DNA from: Octopus vulgaris | Taxonomy: Eukaryota | Direction: 5' to 3' | Length of the DNA stretch: 64,000 nucleotides | NCBI GenBank assembly: GCA_951406725.2 | Contig: OX597814.1 | Location: 139,314,001-139,378,000, forward strand | Position numbers and translations under genes: made by a program | The notes under the pieces: model-generated | The model's database searches: none | Seen by the model: the letters and a program-made list of their open reading frames with translations, nothing else | What the model was told of the DNA's origin: nothing | Shown: positions 13,488-27,832 of the stretch, one piece after another | How the letters are laid out: each line of letters begins with the position of its first letter | Numbering within the stretch: position 1 is the stretch's first letter

Positions 13488-14617
13488 TACACACACTCAC
13501 ACATACACACGTTGGAAAACCGATTATAGCAGCGACTCCATCTAAGAATATCTGAAGAAGGAATTTTATTCTGAAATATTATCAAACTATGGATGACTAA
13601 ATTGCAGCATTGTTTGTATTATAGTGCATTGTTGTACCATTCAAAACTTTTTATTCTGTATAAAAACATTGTTAAAATATTTTTTGCATTGCAAAAGTAT
13701 GAGCAATTTATTAATTACAAATTTTAACGACAAAATCTTATGTTGGCCCCAAGGGTTATATGGACCCCATTGAGAAACATTTGGTTTAAGTTGTCCTTGG
13801 CGCCACAAGCCAACACCCTCTCGATCCTCTCTCACTTAGCCACGCCGAGGAAGTAAGAGTTCGTGGGAGAGAAGGCTGCACTAGTATTAGGTTGGTACTC
13901 GTCTTTAGCAAATTAGTCTCGAGCAATGTGAAATGAAGTCCCTGACTCAAAGACACAACACGCTGCTCGGTCCAGAAATCGAACCAAAGATCTTAAGGTC
14001 GTGAGCCCAAAACTCAAGCCATTACGCCGCGCCTTCCCATATACGAACGAAACACTCTTTAATTACAATATTCTCTCGTTGTGCCTTCGTCAAACCAACG
14101 AGAACTTCTGTGTAGTAGCTTAACCTGTTAGAAATAGTAACCAAATCCCTATTAGGTCCTGACCTACTGTCTTGGGAAAAGAAAAGGACGCATTAAGTGA
14201 TAGGATCCTAGATGTTCTCTGCCATCTGAATAAAAGACTCATTAGATAATGTAGTCCCGGGTTCCATGCGTGTAGAAAAAGTGGGGTAGTCACTGCTGGA
14301 AAAACTTTGATCATAAATTTACTCAATCAAGAGTGAGTTTATTCTTTTAGTCTTTTACGGGTTTCAGCCAGAGGCTGGGGCCGTGTTGGAGCACCGCCTT
14401 TCGAAAATTGTCAAAATATTTTGTGTATTTGTCTTTTAACTGCGGCCATGCTGGGGCACTGCCTTGAATTTTTAGTCGAATGAATCGACTCCAGCACTTT
14501 CGATTTTTTTAAGCCTGGTACTTATTCTATAGTTAACTTTTGCCGAACCGCTAAGTTATGAGGACGCAAACACGCCAACACAGATTGTCAAGCGGGGTGG
14601 AGGGACAAACACAGACA

Positions 14618-14657
<40 letters not shown>

Positions 14658-15134
14658 GACACACACACAAACACACAAATATATATATACACATATATAC
14701 GACGGGCTTCTTTCAGTTTCCATCCACCAAATCCACCCACAAGGCTTTGGTCGGCCCGAGGCTATAGTTGAAGACACTTCCCAAGGTGCCATGTAGTGGA
14801 ACTGAACCCGGAACCATGTGGTTGGGAAGCAAACTTCTTACCACAAAGCCACGTAGACGTGTGGGATAAACATAGTTTGGAACAAACAACAACCTTCAGG
14901 CTTTCGTTCTTCTCCATATATCGGGTAATTTGGGAGTTAGAATTCCTTCTATATCCCTGCTTCTCTGAACAATCATGTGCCCAGCCCTTCTAAGCCCAGT
15001 CAATACACCCATTTTCCTTCTTAAAACCACTCTTACGATGCCTCATTCCTCAAATACAGATCTAAACATTTCACCCAGTTCTTCATTTCCACTTAAGAAA
15101 CTTTGCAGACATTTGAGGGAAAGTTTTCTTCTTC

Positions 15135-15193
<59 letters not shown>

Positions 15194-16514
15194 CTTATTA
15201 TTATTATCATTCTTCTTCTTCTTCTTCTTCCTTTTATTCTTCTTTATCTTCTTGTTCTTTACTCCCGCATCATTCCTAACCTAGAATGTCTTTGATGGGA
15301 CGTACCATAACAAGTCAAGTCTTTTATTTATTTAAGAACTATATTATATAATGTTTCTTGACTTTCCCAATAAGATAGAACGTGATTTGAGGAAGATTTG
15401 GCTGTTATTTCCAATGATCATGAAGAGACTATCTCCATCAACGTACGAACACCATTTACATCAATTCCACCAACTCGAGTGAACCGGCAAAAGCAACAGG
15501 CTCTGCCTCTCCTTCTTCTCCTCCCCTTCGCGCTCATACGTGCATTTATATTAATTAATGTTTAATTAATTTAAATTCTGGTGTTATCTCCTTTGCCTTT
15601 CTTGCTTGGAATCAATCATTAAGATAGCGCTGAGAAACAAACATTAAGATAATGTTTGTTTCTCAGCACTATGAGATTGATTGAATTTTATCGCTTCACT
15701 ACAATAAATAAATATGGTAGCGCCTACTTTACAATGTAAACAAAATTTTGTCACAGTGCATTCAACAGTATCAGTACTAGCAATATTCATTGCTTGGTCA
15801 AGCGTAAAAAATGTTACGCTACCTTATATGAAATTCACAAATACGTTACAACTGTAACTACTTGACACAGAGCTTTGAACTCAGAACGTAGCAGCAGACG
15901 AAATACCTATTTCTTTACTACCCACAAGGGGCTAAACACAGAGGGGACAAACAAGGACAGACAAACGGATTAAGTCGATTATATCGACCCCAGTGCGTAA
16001 CTGATACTTACGAAATGATGAAAGGCAAAGTCGACCTCGGCAGAATTTGAACTCAGAACGTAATGGCAGACGAAATACGGCTACGCATTTCGCCCGGCGT
16101 GCTAACCCACTGAGGACCTAAGCGCTTAAAAGATTCTGATGCCCTCCAAGTATATGCTATTCAAAATATAAACAATAATAAACCATAAAATAAATTTCTA
16201 TTTTTCAAAATGAAACAAAACTAACAGTAAAATGGAAAATAATACTTATTTTTGTATAGTAAAAGTTTTCTCCTATTTTTCTAATTGCAAAGTCTTTAAT
16301 CAGATCTTTACTATGACACCATGAACACTTCAAAATTATATTCCCGACCATCTAAACCACTTCGAATATTATTTTAGCAAGTTTAAAGTGATTTCTTCAG
16401 TGCCAGAAACCATTTGCCCTTTCTGTGGTGCTTCCCCAACCATTCCCCTTGATGCCCTAAGCACGTGCTTATTTTCCTTAATAGTTAATCGTAACAAGTT
16501 AATATTATTATTTA

Positions 16515-16731
16515 CTAGCTGGCCCCGTACCATCAAAAATAACGGCTAAATGTAGTATTTTATCCATAAATAAGGTACAAAATAAGGTACATAATATTCA
16601 CAGATACAAACATTCACATACTTCTCTTGCACACGCACACACATACATATACTCACACAGAGTTGAAACGTTGTTTGGTTTTTCTTTTCAGCGTTAAATA
16701 TTCACCATTCAACTTCTATTGCACACTCACT

Positions 16732-16765
<34 letters not shown>

Positions 16766-16930
16766 AACACACACATTCACATGACTTCCTATTACATACA
16801 CACACATATACTCACGCAGAGTTGAAACGCTGTTTGATTTTCATTTTTTTTTGTCGCCGTAGAACTTCCATCATTCCACTACCAAGTTTGCTATCACCCC
16901 TTCCTTCCTTATTCATCTATCACCCCCTTG
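16515..16930 (-). mobile_element. Possible Helitron-like element with an internal tandem duplication
   Basis: Minus strand ends CCGTTATTTTTGATGG...CAGCTAG|T; the unit CATATACTCAC.CAGAGTTGAAACG.TGTTTG occurs twice. Confidence 0.4.
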
Positions 16931-17186
16931 AGTATGTGTGTGTGTGTGTGTGTGCGCGTATGTGTGTGTGCGTGTGTGCGTATTTGCATCTGTTTGTCTC
17001 CCATCTCAGCTTGACAACCGATGTTTGTATGTTATATCCCTGTAACTTAGCGGTTCAGCAAAAAATGCGATTGAATAAGTACCAGACTCGACAAAAAAAT
17101 GCTTCAAGGCGATGCCCCAGCTTGGCCGCAGTCTAGTGGCTGAAATAGATAAAAGATGAACGATAAAGATGTGGACAATATCTGGA

Positions 17187-17778
17187 TATTCTTTTCTACT
17201 CTAAGCACAAGGCCCGAAATTTTGGGGGAGGAGGCCAGCCGATTAGATCGACCCTAGTACGCAACTGCTACTTAATTTATTGACTCCGAAAGGATGAAAA
17301 GCAAAGTCGACCTCGGAGGAATTTGAACTCAGAACGTAAAGACAGACGAAATATCGACAAGCATTTCGCCTAGCGTGCTAACGTTTCTTATTTCTTTACT
17401 ACGCACAGCGGGGACAAACAAGGACAGACAAAGGGATTAAGTCGATTACATCGACACAGTGCGTAAATTTATCGACCCCGAAAGGATGAAAGGCAAAGTC
17501 GACCTCGGCAGAATATGAACTCAGAACGTACCGGCAGAGGAAATACCTATTTCATTACTGACCACAAGGAGCTAAACATAGAGGAGACAGACAAACAGAC
17601 AAACGGATTAAGTCGATTACATCAACACCAGTGCGTAACTGGTACTTATTTAATCGACCCTGAAAGGATGAAAGGCAAAGTCGACCTCGGCGGAATTTGA
17701 ACTCAGAACGTAGCGGCAGACGAAATACCGCTAAGCATTTCGTCCGGCGTGCTAACGTTTCTGCCAGTTCGCCGCCTT
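17187..17778 (-). mobile_element. SINE family A trimer
   Basis: Three GAAAGGATGAAA.GCAAAGTCGACCTCGG blocks; flanking duplication CA.TATCTGGATATT. Confidence 0.88.
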
Positions 17779-18014
17779 AGCCAGTATCTGGATATTGATA
17801 ACTATTTTAGCAACCAAAACCTGGCAGAAGTTGGGAATGTGTGCACCGATATACATGAACGATGTTTTTCAAGTAATTGCTTTGATATTTTGCTTAACCT
17901 CTGCGTCGGTTGCCATTAGTTTTTCATATAATCCGTAGCTTATTCAACATACTGCTGCTGCTACTAATTGTGATGAGGATGGTGAGGGGTGGATAGGAGA
18001 ATGGGGGAGGAGTT

Positions 18015-18332
18015 GGAGGAGGAGGAGGATGACGACGACGACGCAGATGATTGATGACGACGACGACAACAATGACGCTGATGATGATGATGATGACAAC
18101 GATGGCGCTGATGATGATTATGATGATGACAACGATGGCGCTGATGATGATTATGATGAAGACGACGACAACGACGACGACGATGATGATGATGATGACG
18201 ATGACGATGATGGTGATGATAATAACGATGAGGATGAGGAAGATGATGATGACGACGACGACGACGATGGTAACGACGACGACGCTGGCACTGATGATGT
18301 TGATGATGGTAGTGGTGGCGGTGGTGGTGGTG
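18015..18332. repeat. (GAY)n trinucleotide low-complexity tract
   Basis: Mixed GAT/GAC/AAC/GGT triplets with a short internal duplication (ACAACGATGGCGCTGATGATGATTATGATGA). Confidence 0.93.
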
Positions 18333-18757
18333 GTTCATCTGATGCCGTGTGACACAAACGGCTTCCATATATTCATGCCAAGTGCTTCTGTCCAGAATCT
18401 AGACTTCGATTCGATAACGCGCATGATGTGCTCTCTCTCTCTCTCTCTCTCTAGGCTGGAGAAGAAATGCCTGTCGCAAAGTGTGTATCGTAAAAGATGG
18501 AAGTCTATAGCAAGTATGTTGCGAGTGAAAGAACCTGTTTAATCGAGAATGTAAAAAAGGAGAAAGCAAAGTCTTCAGTGTGAGTATGTGGTTTGTGGGG
18601 TCGACCGCATCCCCCGCTTCATTTTTTGTTAATCACTCATTCTCATTTAATTGTATATATTTTAATTGTTTGTTTATTCATATGTTTCGTCTCATTCGAT
18701 ACCCTGACCCCAACGTTTGTTTTGTCCCCTCTTTTTCTCAACCTTATGGTGAATAAG

Positions 18758-18805
<48 letters not shown>

Positions 18806-19514
18806 CCTCTCTCTTAGTATTGTTTTTCAACCGCGTGTGTATCTTCCTCCTCTTCTTCTTCTTTCTGGCCAACACTTCGCAGTCCCCCATAATATTCTAT
18901 CTGATTGGATACGTTAAAATGTCTCCATTTGTTTCTCATAAGCCAGAGATAACTTTGGTGACCTCTCTTATTCTTTCAATTCATATAACAAAAACATTGG
19001 AAAGTTGGTCATTTTATTTTATTTATTTTTTCCGTTTTCTTTTTACTTCGAAATCATTGATGAAAAAAAAAAATGGTCTTCCTACTTACAAAAGTTTCTG
19101 AGATATCGGAGAAAACACTCAAACAATTGAACTGTAAAAAAAAAAAAGAAAGCAACAACAGAGGCATATAATGTCTTTGATAGTTGGATACGTTGAATTC
19201 AGGGATTGGGTGGAGTGATTATAGGCGCGCACCAAAACAAAACAAAAAAAAAATTAACTAAGACACAGAAATAGTTCGTACTAGTTGTTTAAAGAGGCAC
19301 TCAGCAAAACGTTAGTTATACTAAACAAGTCGGAGATAGTTTAATATAAAACAACGAACACTAAAGCAATTTAACCAAAAAAAAAGTGAAAAAGAGAAGT
19401 AAAGAAAAATAAACACATTTAAAAAATCAATGAATAAAAAAATGAAAATCAATTTTATTTTTTAAACATTTTACAATCAAATTATATTTTAAATTTTTAT
19501 TTGTTTTTATTTGC

Positions 19515-19830
19515 TCTCTCTCTCTTTATTTCTCCCTCTCTTTCTCTCACTCTTTCTCTCTCCTCTCTCTCCTCTCTCTTTCTCTCTTTCCCTCTATCTC
19601 TTTCTCTCTCTCTCTTCTTTCTCTCTCTTTCTTTCTCTCTTCTCTTTCTTTCTCTCTCTTCTCGCTTTCCCTCTCTTCTCTCTCTTTGTCTCTCTTCTCT
19701 CTCTTCTCTCTCTTTCTTTCTTTCTCTCTCATCTCTTTCTTACTCTCTCTTCTCTCTCTCTCTCTCCCGCCCTCTCTCTTTCTTTCTCTCCCTCTCTCTA
19801 TCTTCTCTCTCTTTCTCTGTCTCTGTCTGC
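19515..19830. repeat. Polypyrimidine (CT)-rich tract
   Basis: About 300 bp almost entirely C/T. Confidence 0.95.
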
Positions 19831-20450
19831 TGCATTCAAGTAATTCAGTTGTTTTTTTTTCTTTGTCTCTCCTAACTTTAAATAGTTTTTCAACCATTCT
19901 TGTTGTTGGCGAGTGTTCTTTCCGTTGCAACAGTGTTCTGTGATAAGTGCTATTGCCAAGTTGGCATACAATTATGGTAAAGTCAATAATCTAGACGTCT
20001 GTCTGATAAACGACGCACTTTCAATCCCACCGACGCCGCCACGGCTAATTCATTGTACGGTCATGTGGTTAAAACCAGCCAATCAACAACATTCTTTTAA
20101 GAGTGACACAGCAGTGTTATGTTGACTGGATAGGAACTGTCAACCTTCCGGTCGTTAGATTGTTATTCAATCAACTAGGCTGGAGACGAGGAACACTCGG
20201 AAGCCGAACCACCCAACGAAAAAAGTCCCACGCGGTCATTTGACCTTCCAAGTTTATAGTCAAATGTTCTTCTTCTAAAGTCGCCCTACCATCTTAAAAA
20301 TGGACGAATACGCATCGTAGTTGTGTTTTGTTTAATGGGCTAAATAATGAATACGAAGAATTATCTTCAACGGTGTTTACTGATAACCCTTGACCCGACT
20401 AAAGTCTTGTGACGACGAGATTTGGCCTACAGAAACTGAAAGAAATTCGT

Positions 20451-20486
<36 letters not shown>

Positions 20487-20788
20487 TGTGTGCGTGTGTT
20501 AGAGAGAGAGCGTGTGTGTGTGTGTCTTTGTGTTTGTGCCTGTCCTCTTATAGTTTAACAACCGGTATTGGTTTATTTACATTCTTTAACTTAGCGGTTC
20601 GGCAATGAGACCGGTCGAATAAGTAGCAGACTTTAAAAAAATAATAATAAAGCGTTGGGGTCGATTCTTTCCATTATAACCGTTCAAGGCGGCACTCCAG
20701 CATGACCGTATTTCCAATGACCGAAACAAGTAAAAAAGAATGAAAGAAGGTAAAAAAAGAATACTAAACATTTCTAAAAAACATGATG

Positions 20789-21357
20789 AACAAAAACAAT
20801 TGCAGCGTGGAAGATATTTGTAAACCATCCAAGAACACACAAAAACCGTTAATTTTCATTTGTGTCAAAATATTTTCGTCGCTTTGAAATCGCGACCTGT
20901 TCTTTGACAAAACTTGCGGTAAATTTTGGTAAGTGCACCCAAAACGAAAACCTCGGATTTTTTGCGTGGAACCAAGTACCCTGACCTCCTAACGAGCCGC
21001 AGACCCCTTATTTTTGCTCGGGAAAAAAAGTTGGGATGGGGGGAATCGGACCCACTCCCATCCCAGGATCAATGGAATTTTTTTTTTTTTTACGTTGAAT
21101 GAATTACGGTAACCTCCTGATATGCCAAAAAACACTATTTTGTTTGGAAAACGGTGGTTGGGGTGGGGTGGGGTGGAACCCTCGGAAATTTTACTTGTCA
21201 AAATTTGACCCAAGTTTTGCCGGAGAACTGGTCGTGGTTTCAAAACGACGAAAATATTTTGGCACAAATGAAAACTAAATGTTGAAGTGAAACTAACGGT
21301 TTTTGAGTGTTCATGAATGGCTTACAAATATCTTCCACGCTGCAATTGTTTTTGTTT
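20789..21357. mobile_element. Long inverted-repeat element (arms about 20789-20934 and 21190-21357), probably inverted Penelope-type pLTRs
   Basis: AACAAAAACAATTGCAGCGTGGAAGATATTTGTAA and its reverse complement at the two ends; each arm carries a stem-GAAA hammerhead-like motif. Confidence 0.7.
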
Positions 21358-24149
21358 CAGCACATGATCTCAGATCAAGTCACTTGCTATGCAAGTACAT
21401 CTCCATAATAATGAACATAATATACATAATTGCCATATGCATATTACGTGCGTAGATGAAGAAATAAGAGAAGAAACATTTATCAAAATATAGGAGTGGA
21501 AATATTTGTATACGTATCAGAGTATAGTTGGTGGCTGAAACAAGAATAATCTCTGAAAAAGAAAACTGTCTTATTAAACATAGATCTAGAGACACATGAT
21601 CTCCAGCCACAATATGAACATATTCTTTGAGAGAGTTAGGTGAACACCATGGTTTTTATAAGCCCAAGATGTCCTAGAACGCTTCATGAGTCTTTAGTCA
21701 CGATTTCTTTTTGTTTTGTTTGTTTGTTTTTTTTCCTTTTCGACTATCACTGCCTATCACCAACTGACATTGCAGATGATTAACTGAATATTACAGAATA
21801 TTGTAAGGCGGCAAGTTGGCAGAATCATTAGCACGCCGGACAAAATGCTTAGTGGTATTTCGTCCGTCTTTACGTTCTGAGTTCAAATTCCGTCAAGGTC
21901 GACTTTGCCTTTCATCATTTCAGAGCCGATGAAATAAATACCAGTTGAACACTGGGGTCGATGTAATCGACTTGACCCCCTCCCCGAACTTACTGGCCTT
22001 GTGCCAAAAATTGAAACCAATATTGCAGAATATAACATTGTTATTCAACAGCAGCAATGGAGGCGCAATGGCCCAGTGGTTAGAGCAGCAGATACGCGGT
22101 CGTGAGAACGCGGTTTCGATTCCCAGACTGGGCATTGTGAGTGCTTATTGAGCAAAAGCACCTAAGCTCCACAAGGCTCCAGCGGGGTGGGATGAACCCC
22201 GCTGTACTCTTTCACCACAACTTTCTCTCACTCTTTCTTCCTACTTCGGCCACAAAGCAGAGGAACCATGGTGTAACCCGCTATGGTATGGTAAACTTTC
22301 AGACCCTAGTCTAGATTGCGAATCCTCTGTACCCCAGAATCGTTCAGCTCTCCACCCGTCAAAAACCACCATTTACAGAATGATGCAACTGCCAGTCTAT
22401 CGCGTGTGGTAGGTGGATCTTCAAGTTGTCACACGCATTCTTAGTAGCTTAGAGTAGGCGCGAATCAGAAATTATTATTTGTGGCTAATGGCGTGAGACA
22501 GCAGCAAGACATAGCGATTTTATTTGCTAGTGGAAGGCGGCGAGCTAGAAGAATCATTAGCACGCCGGACAAAATGCTAAGTGGCATTTCGTCCGTCTTT
22601 ACGTTCACAGTTCAAATTCCGCCAAAGTCGACTTTGCCTTTCGTTCCCTTTCGGGGTCGATGAAATAAGCACCAGTTGAGCACAGGAGCCGATATAATCG
22701 ACTAGCTCCCAGTATCCTAAAATTTCAGGCCTTGTGCCATAACAGAAACGATATTATTCGCCGAGCTTACACATTCAATGTTCGCAATCGAGGAAGGTTG
22801 TCTGCTATAACATGATAATGTTGTTCAGAATATATGAGGTTATTAAGTAGACTGGAATAAATACTGCAAGAATAAACGCTTCTCTGAAATTCTAAGAATT
22901 CCACTAATCCACCGCCCAGAACTGGTACTTCCTAGAGAAATTGCATGTCATATTCAATATATCTTCCTAATCAGAGATGTCATCAGCATGAAAATAATAG
23001 TTAAGATAATGTAAACATATTTCAAGTAGGAAGTAGCAAGAAGAAGGATGTCATAATGCCAAAACATGTCTGCAGTTGTCTTTTGTAATTGCCTTGTTTC
23101 AGTCATTAGACAACGGCCATTCTGGAACCCCACCTTCAAGAGTTTAGTCAAACAAATCGACCCCAGTTCTTATTTTTTAAGTTTCGTATTTATTCAATCG
23201 ATCGCTTTTGCTGAACTACTAAGGTATGGGGACATAAACAAACCCATACCGGTTGCCGGGCGGTGATGGGGGACAAACACAAACGCATACACACACGCAA
23301 GCACTCACATTTACATATGTATATGTATGTATATATCTATGCATGAGAGGCTTCCACACGTCAGGCCAGGGCTATAGTAGAAAACGCTTGCACAAGGTAC
23401 TGGGCAGTGGAACTGAACCTGAAACCATGTGGTCGCAAGCGGGTTTCTTAATCGCACACCATATCTGCGCTTGTTCCATACGGCTATGCCTGCGCTGTAG
23501 TTTTGCCCTTTATCTTTTATTTGTTGCAGACCCTAGACTGCAGCAAAACTGGGGCACCGCCTTGAGGAATTTTAGTTCAATGAATCGATCCCAGTGCTTT
23601 TATAAGCCTGGTATTTATTTTATCGGACTCTTTTGCCGAACCGCTAAATTAGGGGCACGTAAACATACCAGTGAAATAAAATCCACTGTTGATTTTTGTT
23701 TTGTGAATGTGCGTGTACGCGCGCGTATGTGTGTGTGTTTGTTACTCCAAGTCAGCTTTGATTGAATGAACACGTAACATGTTGCTACTCAGTTAAGCTA
23801 CATGTAGGACTTCTCGGGGAATATAAAATAGAAATCTTCAGGTTACACGGAATTTCCTGACAACAGAACTCAGTTTTTATTTCTCGTTTTTTTCAACTCT
23901 CTTTTTTGGACACTAGAAGGCAAAAGTAAGAATCATCAAGAAGAAAATTAATTAATTTTTTTTTTTAATCACATTCTTGTATAGAAAATTTTAACAATTT
24001 ACAAAACAAAATTCCTGAATAGTAAAAAAAATTTCGGTTGATAGTATTTGTCTAAGAAGCCTATTTTATGGATGATATTGTCGTTCAAATTTGATCGCCC
24101 TTTTGTGTCAAACAGCAGTATCGCAGAAACGGTTCTGTGTGCACCGACT

Positions 24150-24476
24150 ATAGGAGCACTCCATCGGTTGCGACGACGAGGGTCCCAGCTGATATGATCA
24201 ACGGAACAGCTTGCTCGTGAAATTAACGTTCAAGTGGCTGAGCACTCCACAGACACGTGTACCTTTAACGTAGTTCTCGGGGAGATTCAGCGTGACACAG
24301 TGTGTGACAAGGCTGGACCTTTGAAATAGAGGTACTATTCAATTTTGCCAGCTGAGTGGACTGGAGCAACGTAAAATAAAGTGTCCTGCTCAAGGACAGA
24401 ACGTGTCACCGGGAATTGAACTCACGACCTTACGATCATGAACCGAATGCCCCTAACCACTAAGCTACGCGCCTTC
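24150..24476 (-). mobile_element. SINE family C, tail type 2
   Basis: Near-complete copy with CpGs intact; matches 62725-63045 in the opposite orientation. Confidence 0.85.
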
Positions 24477-27096
24477 AAAGGGCCAGCTTTTCCACATTCT
24501 GTGCACCGACTGATGTTGGATGAATAGTACTGAGAAAAGGGAGTCATTTCTGCAAGTTAACAATTCTATGTCCAGTAATTTCAAACATTTACATCTCTTT
24601 GAAATTGTTTTCTTCGTCATAAAACGATTGAATGCCCTATTCATTGCTTCAACAGCTTTATTAATGCCAGCATTTAATCTCTGTAGTTCATCTAAAGTTA
24701 TCGGTAAATCCAACAACATAAGATGCTTAGCAGAATTTCGTCCGCCTTTACATTCTGAGTCCAAATTCCGCTGTAGTCGAGTTTACTTTTTTATCCTTTT
24801 GGGGTCGATAAAATAAGTACCAGTTGAACACTGGGGTCAATGTAAGTGACTCATACCCTCCCCAAAATTGCTGGTCTTGTGCCAAAACGTGAAATCAATG
24901 TTTCTGGAGTATATTATTATTTGAGATCTACAAAATCAATTGATAATTGTGCTCACTTCTTTTAATGATATTACAAAAGCATAAATTTTTCTTATGCAAT
25001 AAAAGCTATTTTACTAAATCCAGTCTGTTGCAGATCGCTATCATTAACTACATTTAAGGTGGGGAGCTGGCAGAATCGTTAGCATGCCGGGCAAAATACT
25101 TAGCGGCATTTCGTCCATCTTTACGCTCTGAGTTCAAATTCTGCCGAGATCGACTTTGCCTTTTATCCTTTCTGGGTCGATAAATTAAGTATCAGTTGCG
25201 TACAGGGGTCGATCTAATCAACTAGCCCCCTTCCCCAAAATTTCAGGCCTTGTGCCTATAGTAGAAAGGATTATTAACCACGTTCATGATTCAAGAATTT
25301 ATATTCTGATCATCATCCACAAATGTGCCTTCAAACTCATCGTGGACTTTGTAAGGGCCACATTAGCTTCAAAGTTTGATTCAATTTCCTTATAAAGGAA
25401 CAGCAAATGTAACAAAAACAGCCAGAATGATACTCGCGTTCATACTCCACCAAATTTAATCCTGACACTTGTACCACCCGCTACGACTTCAACTACATTT
25501 GTGTTTCAGAATTAAGGTTAAATTCAGAAAGTTCGACATTTTTTCAGCAGGTAAACTTCCATAAATTCTAAATCATTTCTAAATTCCATAATTCGCCAAA
25601 TGTGTGAGCATTTAAATTTAAATATCTCCGATTACACAGTTGTTCATCAGAAGACAGACTGAAGTTTTCAGAGTTCCTCTAATCACAAATTTTTCCACCT
25701 AATAATAACTTGCTCCCTTAATCACAATTTTTCTCTGAAATTATTTTAACGCCGAATCATCTGTGTTAAACGGGAGCAATTATTTGATAAATCCAAACAT
25801 GTAGCTGCAATAGATTTCCTTATGAAAACGCACTTTTAACTGTTATTATTCATGGAAAAAACCCATCGATAACAACTAATTTAGATACTATTTATTGTAT
25901 AGTTTCATTCTGTTTTCCTCATAAAGAACGTTATTTTCTGCTAGTTGATACTTTTCCAAATGAGGTTTGTCTATTTCTGAAAAATTGTCTTCATGGATGC
26001 TCTTTTAAAAGCGTAAAAGACCGCTTCTTGAACTATCGAAGTACTTTAAGATGGCTTTACAAGTTATAATTTGTTTTTAACTCAAGATTTCCCAAGAAAT
26101 AAAATACAGTCATGGGAATTTTTGATTACATTTTTAGTCAAATTTTTCAGAGAATTCAGGACACGAATATTCTCTTGGCTGGAGGGTTTAACTCAGTTAT
26201 CTATTGTTGCAGATAAAACCATGTCTTAGCTTACCAAGAATGACACGGCACATTCTGTCGTCTATGTGCAACGTGTATGTTGTAGATGTCGTGTATGTAG
26301 CATTAGTACCTCTACTGTTGTGTTTATTAATGGGACATTTAGCTACATTTTATGCTCTCTCGTGCTACAGCAAAGAAAGAAGACAATCTATTTGATACTT
26401 GGTATCTAATTTTTGACACAGGTTTCTATATCATTGATGGAGAGTGGAGGTAGTTGAGCAGTTGTTTCTGATAATGTGGGGGCTGTGACTATGATGTCAT
26501 TTAACCATGAGGCTGTGCATACGCTTCCTGAAATATTCTAAAGTTAAAAAGGGTGGATGAAAGAACGGATGTTTGTAGTACTCTATTCAAAGAAATTGTA
26601 AATTCTGGGAGTGTAGTTGTTGTATACTGCATAGAGTTGATGTCCTAGAAGATGCTTTGCAAGATGCTTTTGTTATTGTAATCATTGCGTTTATGTTACG
26701 AAACTTTTGTAGGTAGCGTAACGATAAAGTGCGAAAGACTGAATCCATTTAGTATAATTGGAAAGAGGAATGAGTGGACCGTTATTTTCAACATAATCTG
26801 TATACTTCCCCAAGTAAATTTTACTAAACTACTCATATAATGTAAAATTAAATTATCAATTGAAATATACGTGTTTCTTCAAGGAGAATTCCTGTAACCA
26901 CTAGAGTTGAAGCATTACACTTACAAAATGGGGATCGTAAAAATGTTAGCGAGATTATATATAGCAGATTAGACATTAGTGATTAAGAATAATTATCAGT
27001 ATATGTATGTGGTGGAAGGAGAGAAACAAATTAGAATGATCAACTTAAGCATGAAGAGAAAAAAAACAATGGATTCTCATAAAAACTGGAGTGAAG

Positions 27097-27517
<421 letters not shown>

Positions 27518-27786
27518 AAGTCATAATAGAATATAAGGATAAAAATCACGTTAATGATTTTTATCAGGTAGTCAGCATGCTATAAAAATTTATAGGCAAT
27601 TTATATATTATATCAATAATAAATGTACATACGTATATAATTATATTAAGAGAGCAACAACGAAAACGACCTATCTCCAGCATACTTGAAGTGCCGATAC
27701 CTTCAAAAAACTATAAAAAAAACTCCAGATAGATATACACATGGCTGAAAGCACGCTGGAGATAGGCTGTTTTCGCCCTTGCTCCC

Positions 27787-27832
<46 letters not shown>

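Noticed and set aside
18029-18352. Poly-Asp ORF that could suggest an acidic biomineralisation protein
   Set aside because: Pure trinucleotide tract, open in several frames on both strands, with no signal peptide or supported splice structure.
19501-19943. LSLS and RERE ORFs
   Set aside because: Translations of the CT/GA tract.
22060-22135. tRNA-like sequence with A and B boxes
   Set aside because: Continues into a SINE body shared with 41875-42172; it is a SINE head, not a supported tRNA gene.
26230-26700. Possible highly decayed Penelope endonuclease remnant on the minus strand
   Set aside because: Only vague resemblance with many stops; needs a profile search.
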